62,829 nucleotides of DNA, filler included, from Rhabdomonas costata (GCA_019059605.1; 39 parts of 39 records of this genome joined end to end with filler, not necessarily neighbours in it), one strand, 5' to 3'. Shown: positions 27,438-40,994, numbered from the whole stretch's first letter. Notes: generated from the letters alone by a model not told the origin. Made by a program: numbers and translations.

Positions 27438-28602
27438 GGCACCAGGCTGGTCACTGGCACCCCGTTCAGCACCAGAGTGCCTTGGGCAGGCAGCGTGGTC
27501 AGGGCAATCGACACAGGGTACTGAACGGATAAGGAAAACAGCAAAACAGGATCAGTCTTGCACCGTGCACTGCCCAGTTGCATCGCAGCGAAATAACATT
27601 GCCAGTGCCAAAAAAATGAATCAACCAAACAAGGTAGTGCCCTCTACCTCAGGGTACTCACGAGGACGACGGTTCTGCTGTGGGAGGACAGGGTCCACTT
27701 GCATACAGTGAAGCAGAATGCGGGAAGGGAAATACCCAAGCCCACAGACGCACTGGCACTGGTGGAGCGGCCAAGTGGCAGAAACACCACAACATATCCC
27801 ACTGCATGTAAACCACAAGCACCACACCGTGTGCTTAAGAAAATAAAGGTGACAAGAACGGGCACAGCACAATTTATACTCAATCGCTGTTTTGTAACTC
27901 TAAAAAGACTTGCCGTGGCAGCGGCAGGAGGCTCCCCCCCCCCATTCCGTATCCTGACATCCTTGCCAGCTATTATTCTATCCTATCGGAAACCAAGGAG
28001 GACCTGCACGCCACTCATTCGTTTGGCTCAGGCAGTCACAGCACATCAAGCAGTCCCACGGGTTCCCCTGTGTTTCGGTTACACCCCGGCCTCGCGCAAC
28101 GAGCGAGGGACCAACGGTACCCGCACGCAGGCACGCACGCACACACCAACCAGAGGGAAACCTCACTAAAGCATATTGCAAAACACCAGCAGAGCAGCGG
28201 TGCACACACGTTTTCAGTGTCGTAGGTGGTGATGGAGATATTCACAGGAACACCCTCGGAGGTGGAGATGTTTAGCCCGCTCGTCAACGTGGGTGAAGAG
28301 TCCACGGGAAGGACTTGCACCGTCACATTGACCGGGGATGATCGGAAGGACATGTTCGCCACCTTAGCGCTGGTGTTCATGTTGACGGCGTAAAACGTGA
28401 ACGCCGTGAAGGGGCTGAAAAAGGCGTTCAGCGTGGGCACGAAGATTACTCCATTCCCAGGGTCCGTCACCAGCGTCCCGACCTGGGTGATGGGCACACC
28501 AGCCTCTCCTTTTTCGACCTGGAAGAGCTGCCCATTGACGGGAAGGGTGTTGATCACCGCCACCACAGGGTCTCCGTCAGAGTCGGTGATGGTGCACCCG
28601 AT
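27438..28602 (-). CDS. Extracellular protein with cadherin-like/bacterial Ig-like repeats; exons 28210-28602 and 27438-27520
   Basis: TDSDGDP..I.TLP.NG.L, FTFYA, VTVQVLPVDSSP, T.EG.PV.I repeat pattern; GT-AG boundaries. Confidence 0.75.
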
Positions 28603-29830
28603 CTGAAGCAAAGAGGAAGTATGGGTAGGGGGAAGAGTATGGGGGCCTCAGCGAGAAGACACACCCAAGATAAGCTTCCCATGGACTACTGCACTGAATA
28701 CTGCACCAGTTTCCAAGGGTGTCAACAGGCCTAGTGCACTGCCCCGATGCGATTGGGGGACTGAACACGGCGCCAAAGCCTCCGCCTTTCAATTACATAG
28801 ACATGACCCACGCAACCTCCCTCCTCTATGTAAAAGCAGAGCCGCCTCTGTATGCCGTTTCTTTTTCGCCGATCTGCCGATTCTGCAGGACGACAACAAA
28901 GAGGAGCGATGATCATTTTCCGTAATGCCTCCCAACTCTGGAACCACATGNNNNNNNNNNNNNNNNNNNNNNNNNNNNNNNNNNNNNNNNNNNNTTAATT
29001 AATTAANNNNNNNNNNNNNNNNNNNNNNNNNNNNNNNNNNNNNNNNNNNNTGGTTGGCTAACAGTTGGGTGGGTTCAAATGAAAAGCGACACACCTGATA
29101 AGCTTTCAGGGTACCGAGAAAAGGTGAGTAATGCAGTAATGTATGGGCATTTTTCTGAATTGGGGCTTGTCGTACGATATCTTCCCACTCGAGGTTGGTG
29201 GCTTCGCAATTCAACAGAGATTTGGCAATATCGAAAATGGCCTCGTTATCTAATTGGTTATAGAGATGCAAACAAGGAGGGGTCTGATGCGAGAAGCCGA
29301 GGTGACGATTGTTCAATTTGAGGTTCAATTGAGGTTCAATTTCCGAGGTGACGATTGTTGTAGAGGTCCTCAGGCCAGAAGAGTATATACGGGTGCTGCT
29401 GGAAGATCCCCCCAAATGAACACAAAGAACAGTTGAAAAAACTCAATTTAAGGGTCCTCTTCGCAAAAATGGCATATTTTATACCTCATACACAGTGCTC
29501 CCTCGGAAATTCTTTTTCCGCATGGCTTCCCCTTGTTCGCATGTTCGCGGCCAAAACTGCTCGAAAAATGCTCGAAAATAGCAAAATTAGGCCAAATTTG
29601 CACTCGTCAGCCTCTTCGATATCGCCCTCCTGGAAACAGTCAATGCCGATAGGTCCGCAACATTGACCCTTGAGGGGAAGAGGAGCCAGAGATGCAGATT
29701 ACTTGCCCATGTTGGATCCTTTTTCTTTTTGTCAATTAGTGTTCACACTTGCGTGCTGCCATGGTGGGTTTTCGATCACGGTCCACGAATCTACCACCCT
29801 CTGGCACATTCTTGTGCCCGAAACCTGCAG

Positions 29831-30072
29831 ATGAGAACCCATGCAAGGTGGACCCCGTCTTGATCCGCGAAATTTACCGCACCATTGTGATTCCTCTGAC
29901 GAAGGACGTGGAGGTGGAGTACCTGCTACAGCGGCTGAACCACAGCACTGTCGCAGTGGCCGGGGAGTCCGTGCAGCCCGCCGCGGAGGCCCACTTTGGG
30001 GAGGCCATGCGCCCCAACATCGTCTCCAAGGCCACCCCATACGAGGTCCTCCTGGCGGTATCCTCGAATGAG
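29831..30072 (+). CDS. Exon joining a eukaryotic-type chorismate mutase C-terminus to a prephenate dehydratase-like N-terminus
   Basis: KVDPVLIREIYRTIVIPLTKDVEVEYLLQRL is the yeast/plant CM C-terminal helix; it continues without a stop into TVAVAGE..AAEAHFG..EVLLAVSSNE; cag|...|gtgtgc. Confidence 0.8.
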
Positions 30073-30505
30073 GTGTGCGGTTCCCCCCCCCTCCCCGCGG
30101 TTTTTGGGTACTCTTCTTATGTGCGCTTGTTTTTGTTTTGTTTCTTTTTTTGCGAGAATTGTATTTGGTATACGTTTCTACCGTATCGTTGGTGTACATT
30201 TGATACATTCGTGCGTACGTGCGTTTGTCAATGACATACTCACTGTTCTCGCTCACACACACACACACACACGCACCGAAGGAAAAGCTCACAGGGTCGT
30301 TTCCGCGAGAAAAGGCCCCAGCTCCATCCCCCAAAGAAGGAGTGTGAAGTCTCAGAGACCTGGTAGCCGTTGGAAAAGAGCAGTCGCTTCGGCTTTGCCC
30401 ACCTGACCCATTGTCACTCAAAGACGGTTAGATCTTTTTGCCGATGATTGCAAAAGGCATTAAGACAGTGCGCAAAAATTGCCGTACTCTAGACACCTAA
30501 ATCTC

Positions 30506-30531
30506 GTGTGTGTGTGTGTGTGTGTGTGTGT
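30506..30531. repeat. (TG)n microsatellite; (CA)n also at ~16797-16819 and ~30254-30272
   Basis: Seen directly. Confidence 0.9.
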
Positions 30532-30957
30532 TTGTGCCTGTGACCCCACCCCCCAAACACCAACACANNNNNNNNNNNNNNNNNNNNNNNNNNNNNNNNN
30601 NNNNNNNNNNNTTAATTAATTAANNNNNNNNNNNNNNNNNNNNNNNNNNNNNNNNNNNNNNNNNNNNGTGGGTGGGGGGGCAAAAGCGGGTGAAGCCTCT
30701 GCACCACAAGAACAGGGATGTTCACCAGCCTTCACCAGGTCCAGTCACGAGGAAATGATTTGCAAAGGATGCACAGAGAGAAAGTTGAGAAAGTAATGGT
30801 GAGGGATGAAGAGCGAAGTGCCGCCCACCTCAAAATGTTCGGGAACCACTCCTTCCACAAGCAGGATGAAGGTCGAATTCCGCTTTGGGCGAAAAAATGC
30901 CAGATTTCCTCACTTCGCCCCGCCCCAAAACGACAAGCAAAGCAGGCAAACATGCAC

Positions 30958-31787
30958 CATAGCCGTAGCAAGAGCCGTAGTGGCAGCTATCGTCGTAGGT
31001 GCTGTTATTGTTGTCATTGCAGGGGGTGTAGTCAGGAAGCGCAGGGTTGTCACCGCAAACCGGGCTGTCCCCACTGGGGAAGGATAAGCAAACCCACCAC
31101 AACAGGAGCACATCAGTAGAGCCCCACAAAACTCAGTCCGATGCCCTGCTCATGTGGCCCACTGCCGAAACCCGTGGCATAAGCTAAGCGCCTTTGCAGT
31201 CTTTTCTCGAGCAAGTCAATGAAGAGCGAAGGACAAAACGGCGGGGATGCCGGACATCTCAAAGTACGACCAGCATTCGTCATGACGAAAAAGGGAGTTG
31301 AGTTTAGGGAGGAGGGATTGGTTGCTACATTGTCAAATACTCTGAGACATTGCCTTCCGCCACCCAACCTACCCCAACCACCCGATTCGCAATTAATTCT
31401 GTTGTGAAAGGTAGGTACCCGCTGGAAAACCGGACAGCTGAGGCCGGAAGTAGGAAAATCGGAAAGAAAATAGGAGCCGAGGTCATCCCGGTTGAGGGTG
31501 GGCTGGGGGTAGGGTTTAGGATGGCTCCCCAGATTAGAAAACGCACAGCTCCCCTGGCAATAAAAGACCCCAGAAGAAGTTAAAAAGAAAAGCTGCAAAG
31601 GTACGGGAACAAGGCACCACCAAGGGCCATTCCCCCAATCACGCCTACGCCCAAAAACGACGGCGCGCACCTGCACAGCGCCGGGGTCAGGCAAGGGTTG
31701 GTGGTGTTGCGGCAAACGGTGCCCGAGGGCTTGACAAGGTGCACGGGGCAGGTGCCGTTCTGGCCGTCACAGTAGGTTGGCAGGTCG
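30958..31787 (-). CDS. Cys-rich disintegrin-like repeat surface protein; exons 31671-31787 and 30958-31073
   Basis: DLPTYCDGQNGTCP..KPSGTVCR....CLTPALCS|GDSPVC...PDYTPCNDNN..TYDDSCHYGSCYG; GT-AG in frame. Confidence 0.8.
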
Positions 31788-32499
31788 CTAAAGCAGACAA
31801 ATGTGTGCAGCAGACTGGGGGAGTGAGGGTCACCATTTTAACGAGAGTCAGTCTACCTCAGCGTGAAAGCTTTCGAGGATAGGAGGGTGGCACAGAAGAG
31901 GCGGACACAATTCAAGCGCCTTTGGGATACTGGAGTAATTTTCGGACATTTGTGGCTATATTGACTGCTTTTTCAGTTCTCCTGGAGACTGCACAAGGGA
32001 GCAAGAGGAGGTCGCAAGGCACGAATTTCTGAGGGTGAAACTGTTTTTTGGGGTCCAAAATGGGCCAAGGGCAACGAGTCTAATCAACATCCGGATTAAC
32101 CATTTTTTACCACGGAGAGGATTTCTTTTTAAATTGATTTACACCACAACCCGTGATGCCCCAACCACACCCACCCACACCNNNNNNNNNNNNNNNNNNN
32201 NNNNNNNNNNNNNNNNNNNNNNNNNTTAATTAATTAANNNNNNNNNNNNNNNNNNNNNNNNNNNNNNNNNNNNNNNNNNNNCAGAACAATGAAGTGTTAT
32301 TCAGTCAGTTTCACGTGACTAAGGTGTTCGTTTATTGCATTTACGCTTGTGAACTTCTCTTCTCCGCCAACTCATACAGTAAGTCCCGTATTATTCTCAA
32401 CACAAGCGCGCAATACAACTACACAAAATATACAATGGGCGTCCTTCGCTGTAACCAAGTCGGCTGACCTCCTAATCAGACACAGTTACACTTACTTAT

Positions 32500-33650
32500 G
32501 GTGACGCCGCGGAATCACGCAAAAATAGCACTGCCACGAGCTGGACATTCAGCTTGGACACAAAAATGCAAAGCGCACACGTTTATGTCATCACGCACTG
32601 GTTTACGGAAACAAAGATTCAATGGAAGGTGCCATTGCTCCCAGCCAAAAAAGGTCCTCCAAGGTTCTGTTCTAGAAGCACGAAAGCCAATTACAAAGAA
32701 AATCGGCCAATAGCCAACGTGTTCATGAAATGGGCTGAGGGCTGACTTGTTCAGGAATCAATAACCAGCTCCTTATGTGCCATTGGCGTGTCCGATGAGT
32801 GTCAAACACGAGGATATATAGGAAGACGTTGTGGAAAGAAATGCAGTGAGGCCGCGGCGGATGAATTTATTTGTAGGTATCTTCTTTATTCTTTATAGTT
32901 GCAAGAAAATCTGCAGTGAATGGAGTTGTATTTCGGACGAAAGATTACCATTCATGTGAAAACCTCAGTTTTGTGATCAACCAATGATGGATGGAAAACA
33001 ACAAAATAAACAACCAGTGGTCCTCAGAACGTGTTCAAGCGTGGACAGTGCAACCAAGTGCAGACAGAAAAGTCCATCCTGCCTAGATGAGTATTTTAGT
33101 ATTTTCAAAAATATTCCCTCCTCTTCTGCTTCACACATCAAGTGACGTAGCGACCTAAGTGGAAGGGTCCAATTTCATTCCTGACACCCATACATCATCT
33201 TAGCGGCTTCTTCACCCACCAACTGGGACATTTTCACCTCAGAATCAGGCATTCTTAGTTAGGTTGGAATCATGCAGTAAATGTAACATCATCCCTTCTT
33301 CTGTGGTGGTTCCCAGTTCCAACGGAAACATGGAATAATCAGATAGTATCTCAGCATCTTACCGGGTATGCCATCAGGCATAGACGAATGGCTTGGAACC
33401 GTTGCATAGAGAAGGTGAAATGACCGTAGTCGTTCAGCATCTTGTCAGCATGCGCGCTCAGGCTTGCACGCGAACATCTACTCTGCCAAGCGCGGCCATC
33501 ACATATATGGACCCAGGCGGGTTAGGCGTAGTTATATCACTTACCAATCGCCTTAGTAGTATTCCTGCATTCACCATTTATTTAGGCGTCGGTAACCCTA
33601 CTCTGCCGACATTTCGGTCGTTCCGTCACTCAAGTCATGGCACTGCCTAA
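32500..33650 (+). mobile_element. Decayed LINE-like retrotransposon
   Basis: AT-richer contig without clear exons; ITYMDPGGLGVV matches the post-RT GGLG motif. Confidence 0.3.
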
Positions 33651-33895
33651 ATCTATCTAATTTGAATAGGTGATAGTGGGATAGATGCTCCTGTTGGTAT
33701 TAAATGTAGAAACACTTCACTTCCACAAGGGTTCCGTGGTGGGTTGAGGTGTGGTGTTTCTACATTTAATACCAACAGGAGCAACCACAACAAACNNNNN
33801 NNNNNNNNNNNNNNNNNNNNNNNNNNNNNNNNNNNNNNNTTAATTAATTAANNNNNNNNNNNNNNNNNNNNNNNNNNNNNNNNNNNNNNNNNNNN

Positions 33896-34501
33896 TTGTG
33901 GGGGGGGTTGGAGGTCGCCGAGACAGATGACCCCACCTTTGGGGAGGAGGCCGATGCCTTCGACAGGGACATGCAGTACGTCTTTGAGGAAATGGAGGGG
34001 GGTTTGATATTGAGAGCTGATAATCACGGTTGGTTCAACCTTTATATTGCTTCCAGTCCCTTGACTGTGAGAGAACTTACCCCGGAAACAAGTATCGAAC
34101 GCCATCGGCATACTGCTCGGCTTTCCTCTACCCGACGCCGGAACGTTTGCCTGTGTTTGGAGTAGCCATGGTGAGACACAGAATCAGCACTGCTATGCAT
34201 ATATGCAGAGCGTCAACTGTCTCCCCTGCTCCGTCGGGCACTGACCTGCGCGTGCTGCCTTTCTCTCTTGGTCTCCCTCCCTCTCTCTCTCTTTTCTTCT
34301 GCCTGCATTTGTGTGGTGTTCGCATTTATAAGGTTGTCCGTGAGGACGCCTTTCGCCGTGGCGGAGAAAGTGAAAGCCGCGGAGGAGCCGCTGTGGAAGG
34401 TCTCCGCACGGTGGCGCCGGGAGGACAACCGGGCGACCCCACGGTGGGACATCCTCCGGTTCACCCGCCGCTACGGGCCGTACTATGACTACGATGCCCT
34501 G
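33896..34501 (+). CDS. Two exons (33896-~34002, 34333-34501) of unknown protein
   Basis: GC3-rich frames FGEEADAFDRDMQYVFEEMEG and LSVRTPFAVAEKV...RYGPYYDYDAL|gtacca. Confidence 0.55.
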
Positions 34502-35814
34502 GTACCAGTGGAAAAGGGAGGCGGGGCGAAGAAGGAGCGAGGAAGAAAATGGAATGGAATGGAATGGAATGTCATTTGGTCCGTTGAGACAGCGTCCAAG
34601 ACTGCACACACTTGGACACTTGGGATGGATATAGCTTTTCTTATGGGATACACGGGTTCTGGAACAATGTTCAGCAATTTAAGGAAGGTAAGAGCAAATC
34701 CAACAAATCCATAAAAGCTCGAAAATATCTTGTTGCCTTGTTCATGTTGTTTCTGCGAATGTGGATAAAGCCATCAGGCGAAATACGAAACAGCCGAGGT
34801 GGACTGGTGGTGTGTTGACTGGTGGCTTTTTGACGGTTTTTTCTTTCTGTCCCTCTTTCAGTTTCCTTCAACGTTTTTAATGGATGCCACCTCGCCGAAA
34901 CGCAGAGAGACACAGAGATGGGAATGGTGCCAAGGAAAAGTGGCCAATCCCTGAAAAGAACCTCCTAAAACAAGGCTGATTTATGCCGTTGCTGGTTGTC
35001 ACAATTATTCCAGTGCCCCCATCCCCTCACCTCACCCACTGCTCCTCTGCTGTGTATTCTGTGCAAAATCAGGTGAACCACGCACACGCACACTCGCATT
35101 CTTTCCTTCTCCCGGCGACAAGTATTCGCACGCGCAATCCACACAAAACTCACATATGCCTTCCATCATCAAAGGGTCGCTTCAGCGAGAGAAGGTCCCA
35201 GCCCCCCGCTGCGAGCAGGTGAAAAAAGTAAAGTAGCTCGCAACGGAGCCGCGGAACTCGTCGGGCAGAAGAGACGTCACCGCATTTGTGAGCTGGTACC
35301 CCTCGTTCACCCCGAAGGCACGTCTTGCGAGCATCCGTGGCCAGCAGCGCGTGCGCCCGACAGTCCGAAGCGGTCACCAGCATTCAGGCAGGCAATAGCC
35401 AACCCAACCNNNNNNNNNNNNNNNNNNNNNNNNNNNNNNNNNNNNNNNNNNNNTTAATTAATTAANNNNNNNNNNNNNNNNNNNNNNNNNNNNNNNNNNN
35501 NNNNNNNNNCCCTGTTTACTGTTTGCACTGTCAAGCTTTCGTTAGGGCTTTTGCAATCCCTTCTGGCCTAATAAGGAAATTAAGGTTCTCGCGCACCGAA
35601 TCGGCACTATTGGGGTCAGGCACCCTTGAAGAGCTTGTGCGGTGGGGTATGCAGATGCTTATACGCTCTCTAGCTCCCTTCAAGGGGTCATAATGTTCGC
35701 TGGCTTCGCTTGTGACGATCCAGAATCGGAAACTCTTTTGTTTAAATATAGGCTTGTTATTCTGCATCCGACTTGGGCAGCTGTATTTTCTCAGGTTTGC
35801 TTTTTCCGTTGCAG

Positions 35815-36594
35815 GCGACCACTTTTCGTGACCGAGGTGACGCGGCTGCTGCGGAATTCCATTGGTGGTGCAGAGCCCCTGGCGGCTGTAGAGGGCGACC
35901 GTCTGGTATGGCCACACCGCTTTGGGCAAATGGCGGTGCTGCACAATTCGCTTACATTTTCCATGTTCTGAAGCATGGGGAGGCTGGGATGGCTTCCGGC
36001 ATCGATGTGACCCAGAATCAGAAGAAAGACCAGAACCTCAAGTATTCGGGAGGTGGACTGTAAAAAGGTTCGTGTGTGCTTAAAAAAGGATTTGTGGTCA
36101 GGGGCCTGGGGCACGGGTTCGGATGAGGGGGCAGCAGCGCAGTCCGCTGCAGGAGCTTCCGTTCTGAACTAAGGCGCCCCCGCCCCCGCCACCAAAACCT
36201 CGCAGCGATAGTTTTTGTCCCAACACTTTCGAGACAGTTTTCGGCAAACCCCACACCCAAAGCTTTTTTTATTATTGGATCCTTGTGTGAGGAGTGTGCA
36301 TGGCGTGGCGTGTCTTTGGCGGTTCATGGATTCGATACAGGAAATGCTTCTTTTCGGATGGGTCAATCCGCCATTTCTTTGTCCCAGATCCCCGTATCAT
36401 TTGACGTGATGACCCGAGAGGCCCGCCTGCCCTCCCTGCCGGACACGATGACGGGCTTTGTACGTGCACGGATCGACCGAATGCCCGTGGAGCTGCAGCT
36501 GGTGCTCAAGTTGGCCAGTGCAGCTCAGGCGCTGCTCTGCCCCAGGGCCTTGTTCCATGTCATCCAGCCCTACTGCGAGATGTCCCTGAGCCAG
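35815..36594 (+). CDS. Soluble adenylate cyclase-type (ADCY10-like) STAND NTPase region; exons 35815-35905 and 36388-36594
   Basis: RPLFVTEVTRLL (GNPFF.EE-like) and LPDTMTGFVRARIDRMPVELQLVLKLAS. Confidence 0.75.
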
Positions 36595-37487
36595 GTGACG
36601 ACGCCCCTCTCACACTGCGTTGTGCGCGGCCACAGCCATCAGCTCCGCTCACTCTTTCCGTGCCCTCTCCTCCTGTCTGTTTCACACGCTCACTCTCTTT
36701 GTTGAGGGCAGAGTGTTCATTAAAAGTGGTTAATTCACTTTTTGAAAATTCTCTTCACTGTCCAAGTGCCTCTTACTGCTATTTTTTCCATGTGGGGTTC
36801 TGGGCAATAAGACGGTTAGCTCAGAAAATCGATTGGATTGAAAAAAGCGGCAGGAACCCAAAAGCTTTCATATGACCCCAGCATTTAATGGGGCAGCACG
36901 GTCTCGCGGTAACCTTCGGGTGGTGGCAAGCCCTGATACGCGGCACCAGATTGGAATAAAGATTGCTGTTAAACAAATGGCTTGACTGCCGCGGCAGCAG
37001 TGGCAACCTCCCCCCCACCCACCNNNNNNNNNNNNNNNNNNNNNNNNNNNNNNNNNNNNNNNNNNNNTTAATTAATTAANNNNNNNNNNNNNNNNNNNNN
37101 NNNNNNNNNNNNNNNNNNNNNNNTTTGTGGTGGGAGATTCTTTCCCCATACGAAAACCCGGGTGTGACAAAATATTCAACCTTAACTGTAAGAATTGGAA
37201 GTGGTACCAAATAACGATCATTTTGACTCACACCGGGTTTTCGTATGGGGAAAGAATCTCCCATTGAAAACCAAATCACCGTAATTCTTTTTGTGGATTC
37301 GAAGCTGCTACATTCAGCTCATCTTCTGTGGGACATACCGATGTTTTCAGATGTGCGGGCAACCATAGGTTTCGCTTTTCGCTTCCCACGTTTGACGTGG
37401 CACGGGCCATATGAAGTTGTGGCGGTGGCGGAGGCGAAGACAAAAACGGAGCAACATGCGACGACCAACAAGCGTCCCTTTCCACAG

Positions 37488-37693
37488 GAGGAGATCGAGG
37501 AGGAGGAGTGGCTGCGTGAGCAGGAGCTTCTGGCGCAGCAGAGCATCACGCAGATCCTGGAGCACCAGCTGCAGCTCCTCAGCGGGGCTGACGCCGCCGC
37601 CACGGCGCCGCGGATGACCCACCCAACTCACCAGCCATCCCCGCAGCTCCCCTCGAGCGGTCCAGAGCTGCCCTCTCGGCCGCCCCGTGGGCG
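37488..37693 (+). CDS. Exon of unknown protein
   Basis: ccacag|EEIEEEEWLREQELLAQQSITQILEHQLQ...|gtgggt. Confidence 0.55.
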
Positions 37694-39001
37694 GTGGGTC
37701 TCCCAGATGCAGTCGGTGTGCCTCATGGCACGGCGCGTCTATCCTTTCCCGTTCACATAAGTGGTCTACGTCAAAGAATGTATGAACGATGAGAGGTTGC
37801 TGTCGCGGTAGTGTGCGTACCACAAAAATCATCTGCTGCTTGCACGACAGACGGAGGCGAGCATCCTGAGATCCCACACTGAAGGCTTCGGAAGGTGACC
37901 GGGAGTACGGTGGGCACCCACTGTTTGAGCGAGCGACGGCGGTGAGCGCATTTGAGCTTGCGCAGAGTTGTGTTTCCCAACGTTTGAGGGTGGAAGGTGG
38001 AAGTTGGGGACAAGGTGATGTGGTGTTCGGACTGCGAGGTGATAGTTTTTGGTGGTGGTTTACGCAGTGGCGCATGACTCTGCAGTCCGGCCCAATCTCG
38101 AGCACAAGTTCACATCCCCCTCCCCCTCAAAGTTTGCAACCACTCTGGACTGCTCAGTCATGAAGCCAACCCGATGCCGAAGCAGGACAAAAAACAGCAT
38201 TCCAGGCAGCAGACGAAAGAGGGAAGTGACTCACAGCTAACAAAAATACGTGCAATCTCTTCTTTATTTCCTCGGCTTCTCTAATTCAGCGCAACCCTCT
38301 GGAACTACCCACGGGAGCCCCCGTGCGCGTGGGCGATGCCGACGCTTCCCCTCAGTTCCCGCCTTTGCACGTCCCCGGGCACTTTCTGCCAGGCGCCGAG
38401 CCCCGCATAGGCCCAGGGTGCTTGTGTGTGTTTGCGTCCGTGTGTGCCCAAGGGGGAAGAGGGAGCCTTTTTTGTCCCAACAGTCGTCCCTCCAGCTAGT
38501 TCTCATTTGATGACGGTTGATGACGGGCAGCAATGTTAAAACAACCAAAGTGGGGAACACATAAATGATCGCGACGTAAACCTAAATGTCCGAAAATAAA
38601 GAGGTTGACTGCTGATACGAGAATCCACACCCCCCCCNNNNNNNNNNNNNNNNNNNNNNNNNNNNNNNNNNNNNNNNNNNNTTAATTAATTAANNNNNNN
38701 NNNNNNNNNNNNNNNNNNNNNNNNNNNNNNNNNNNNNTGTGTTTGTTCTTGCAGAGGCAGGGTCAGCACCACACAGACCGATTCTACAAGAACAAACGCA
38801 AGGAAAACCAATGAGGATGGCAAAGGCACATGCTTGAAACAAGGCAGGAGGAGGATGCGAACGAACGCATGTGCGTGTGTGTGCGGGGGCGGGGGAAGGG
38901 CAAAAAGGGTATCTGCGGGATTCAAAATGGAACAAGCTCCTTCAGGGGTCCATCTCGTGCATGGAGGCTATATGTATCTGTGTTCGGGTGAAGAGGAGTG
39001 C

Positions 39002-39874
39002 CTTTGCGTGCCGAAGGTCAGCGCTGAGATGGCGATGAGCTTGCAGGCCTTGCAGCGCTCGTCCGGGGTGCCCTTCGTCGACCGCGCCGCCCTCACCAGA
39101 TGGTGCACAAGGGTCTCCACCCTATTGTTTAAGGCGGGAGGGACAAAACGACACACATAATGAACAGACCTCTTAGATTTCCTATTTTTTTTGCCGTATA
39201 CCGGCCCTAAAAATTCGCAAAATTGCACACATTTTAAGCTGGTGTCTTTTTCGTATTTCATCCCTTTCCTCTCAGATCCTTCTAGTTTTTTTAAAGGAAA
39301 TTTTCGGCATCGATTCGGAGCTCTGTCCTGTGGGCCGCCTGGGTCATGGAATCCAGGAGAATCTTTGAAACCGCTGAGGTCCTGCGAAACAATATTACGC
39401 ACGTCTCCTTCGTAGGGTGCGTAGGGTGCTGGACCTTTGTGGATGGAGCCCACCCCACCCCCCTGCTTTGGCCGCGACCTTGGTGGACCTGAAGGACCGG
39501 AGCACTCTTTGCTTCGAGAGCAACACTGGCCCTGTATCAATGCCGAGCCCATCTGCGATAGCAGCGTCTTTCTTGATCCAAAATGGGAGGAAGCGGAGAT
39601 GGGGGAAGAGATGCGGTGCTGCACCTCTGGGTGCAGGCCTCCAAGCAGCTCCACGAGCACAGCGCGCCGTCGATGTACGCCAGGGCGTTGGCCCTTTGCG
39701 CAGCGCTCTTCTCGACTAAGCTGTCGATGGCCTCCATCAGGGCCTGCGCCTCGAAGGTCATCTCCAGAGGCTGCGGCACAGCAGGCGGAGGAGCGGGCTG
39801 GCCTCCCTTGCCCCCGCTGCCGCTTGCCCCACCACCGTCCACTGCCCTGGGGCTACCGCCCCCATCGGATAGCA
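39002..39874 (-). CDS. IFRD (interferon-related developmental regulator)-like protein; exons 39625-39874 and ~39002-39121
   Basis: LMEAIDSLVEKSAAQRANAL and ETLVHHLVRAARSTKG..E..KA.KLIAISALTFG follow the IFRD N-terminal pattern. Confidence 0.6.
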
Positions 39875-40994
39875 CTGCAATCGGAAACCATTCCCGCCAA
39901 AACCCAAACGCACCCCCCGAAGACCACCCAACTCCCTCTCAACGACACCTCAGTTACAACACGCACAGAACACAAACCCTCCTATTTCAGGTCAGCAGCA
40001 CCCAAAGTAAAACGCTTAGTTTAGAGTAGAAAAAATATTGAAAGCTATATAGGTGCAAAAGAGGAAATTCTCATATTACAAAAGGTGAGGTGAAGAAGCT
40101 AGTTATTAATAAACCTGAATATTTGTTGTGTGATGTTTGTAACAAAAAGCGTTGTGAGCACAACTTATGCATTAAAGCACATGTTTACTGTTAAGAACAT
40201 TGTTTTTCAATTATTTATTTATCACAACAGAACCTACTATTACCAAACAAANNNNNNNNNNNNNNNNNNNNNNNNNNNNNNNNNNNNNNNNNNNNTTAAT
40301 TAATTAANNNNNNNNNNNNNNNNNNNNNNNNNNNNNNNNNNNNNNNNNNNNTTTGGGTTTTAGATTACGATAACCTCCAAATTGAACCCCGAGAATCAAG
40401 CGTTACCAACCATGATTTAGAAATATCAATCCGCAACAAACTAAATCATGGTTGGTAACGCTTGATTCTCGGGGTTCAATTTGGAGGTTATCGTAATCTA
40501 AAAACCAAAGCTATGAATGCAAAACGGACTCGTTCAGTAATGGTGCCGGGAGTCTCAACAGTAGTATTGCCCCAATGCTCCCAGGGAAGCATCTCGCAGT
40601 AATTAACCATTTGGGAGGATAAACCCCGCAGCCGCGGTGATGCCTCCAACCCCGGGGGCATATTACACAGAAGTGATATCCGGAGCTCCAAACAACAAGA
40701 ACAAAAGTGGCAAAAAAAAAAGGCAGTGCGTTTCTCGTGTGAGAGCTGCACACGGAGAGAAAGGCCTGTTGTCCTCGCACCCCAAGGCGGCACCTTCTGC
40801 TTTGGGTGGCTCTTTTGTTATTATGCCGCTTCCTCCGTTGGGAGTTTGACGTGACACCGTTATAGGAAAGGGGTACCCACCAACCAGCAATAGAAAAACA
40901 AGCACGAGGCCTACACCATCCACATGAGCAAGGGAGGTCAGCCAAACCGGAAATACCTTCAACCAAATGACAGGGTAACCACCCACAAAACAAC

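Noticed and set aside
29297-29361. CCGAGGTGACGATTGTT direct repeat flanking TTCAATTGAGG units
   Set aside because: Only two copies; local slippage duplication with no CRISPR context.
33688-33784. Hairpin with ~29-bp arms
   Set aside because: At contig end; fold-back artefact.
37131-37264. Inverted repeat
   Set aside because: At contig start; fold-back artefact.
40357-40506. ~60-bp-arm hairpin (pre-miRNA-like)
   Set aside because: At contig start; fold-back artefact.
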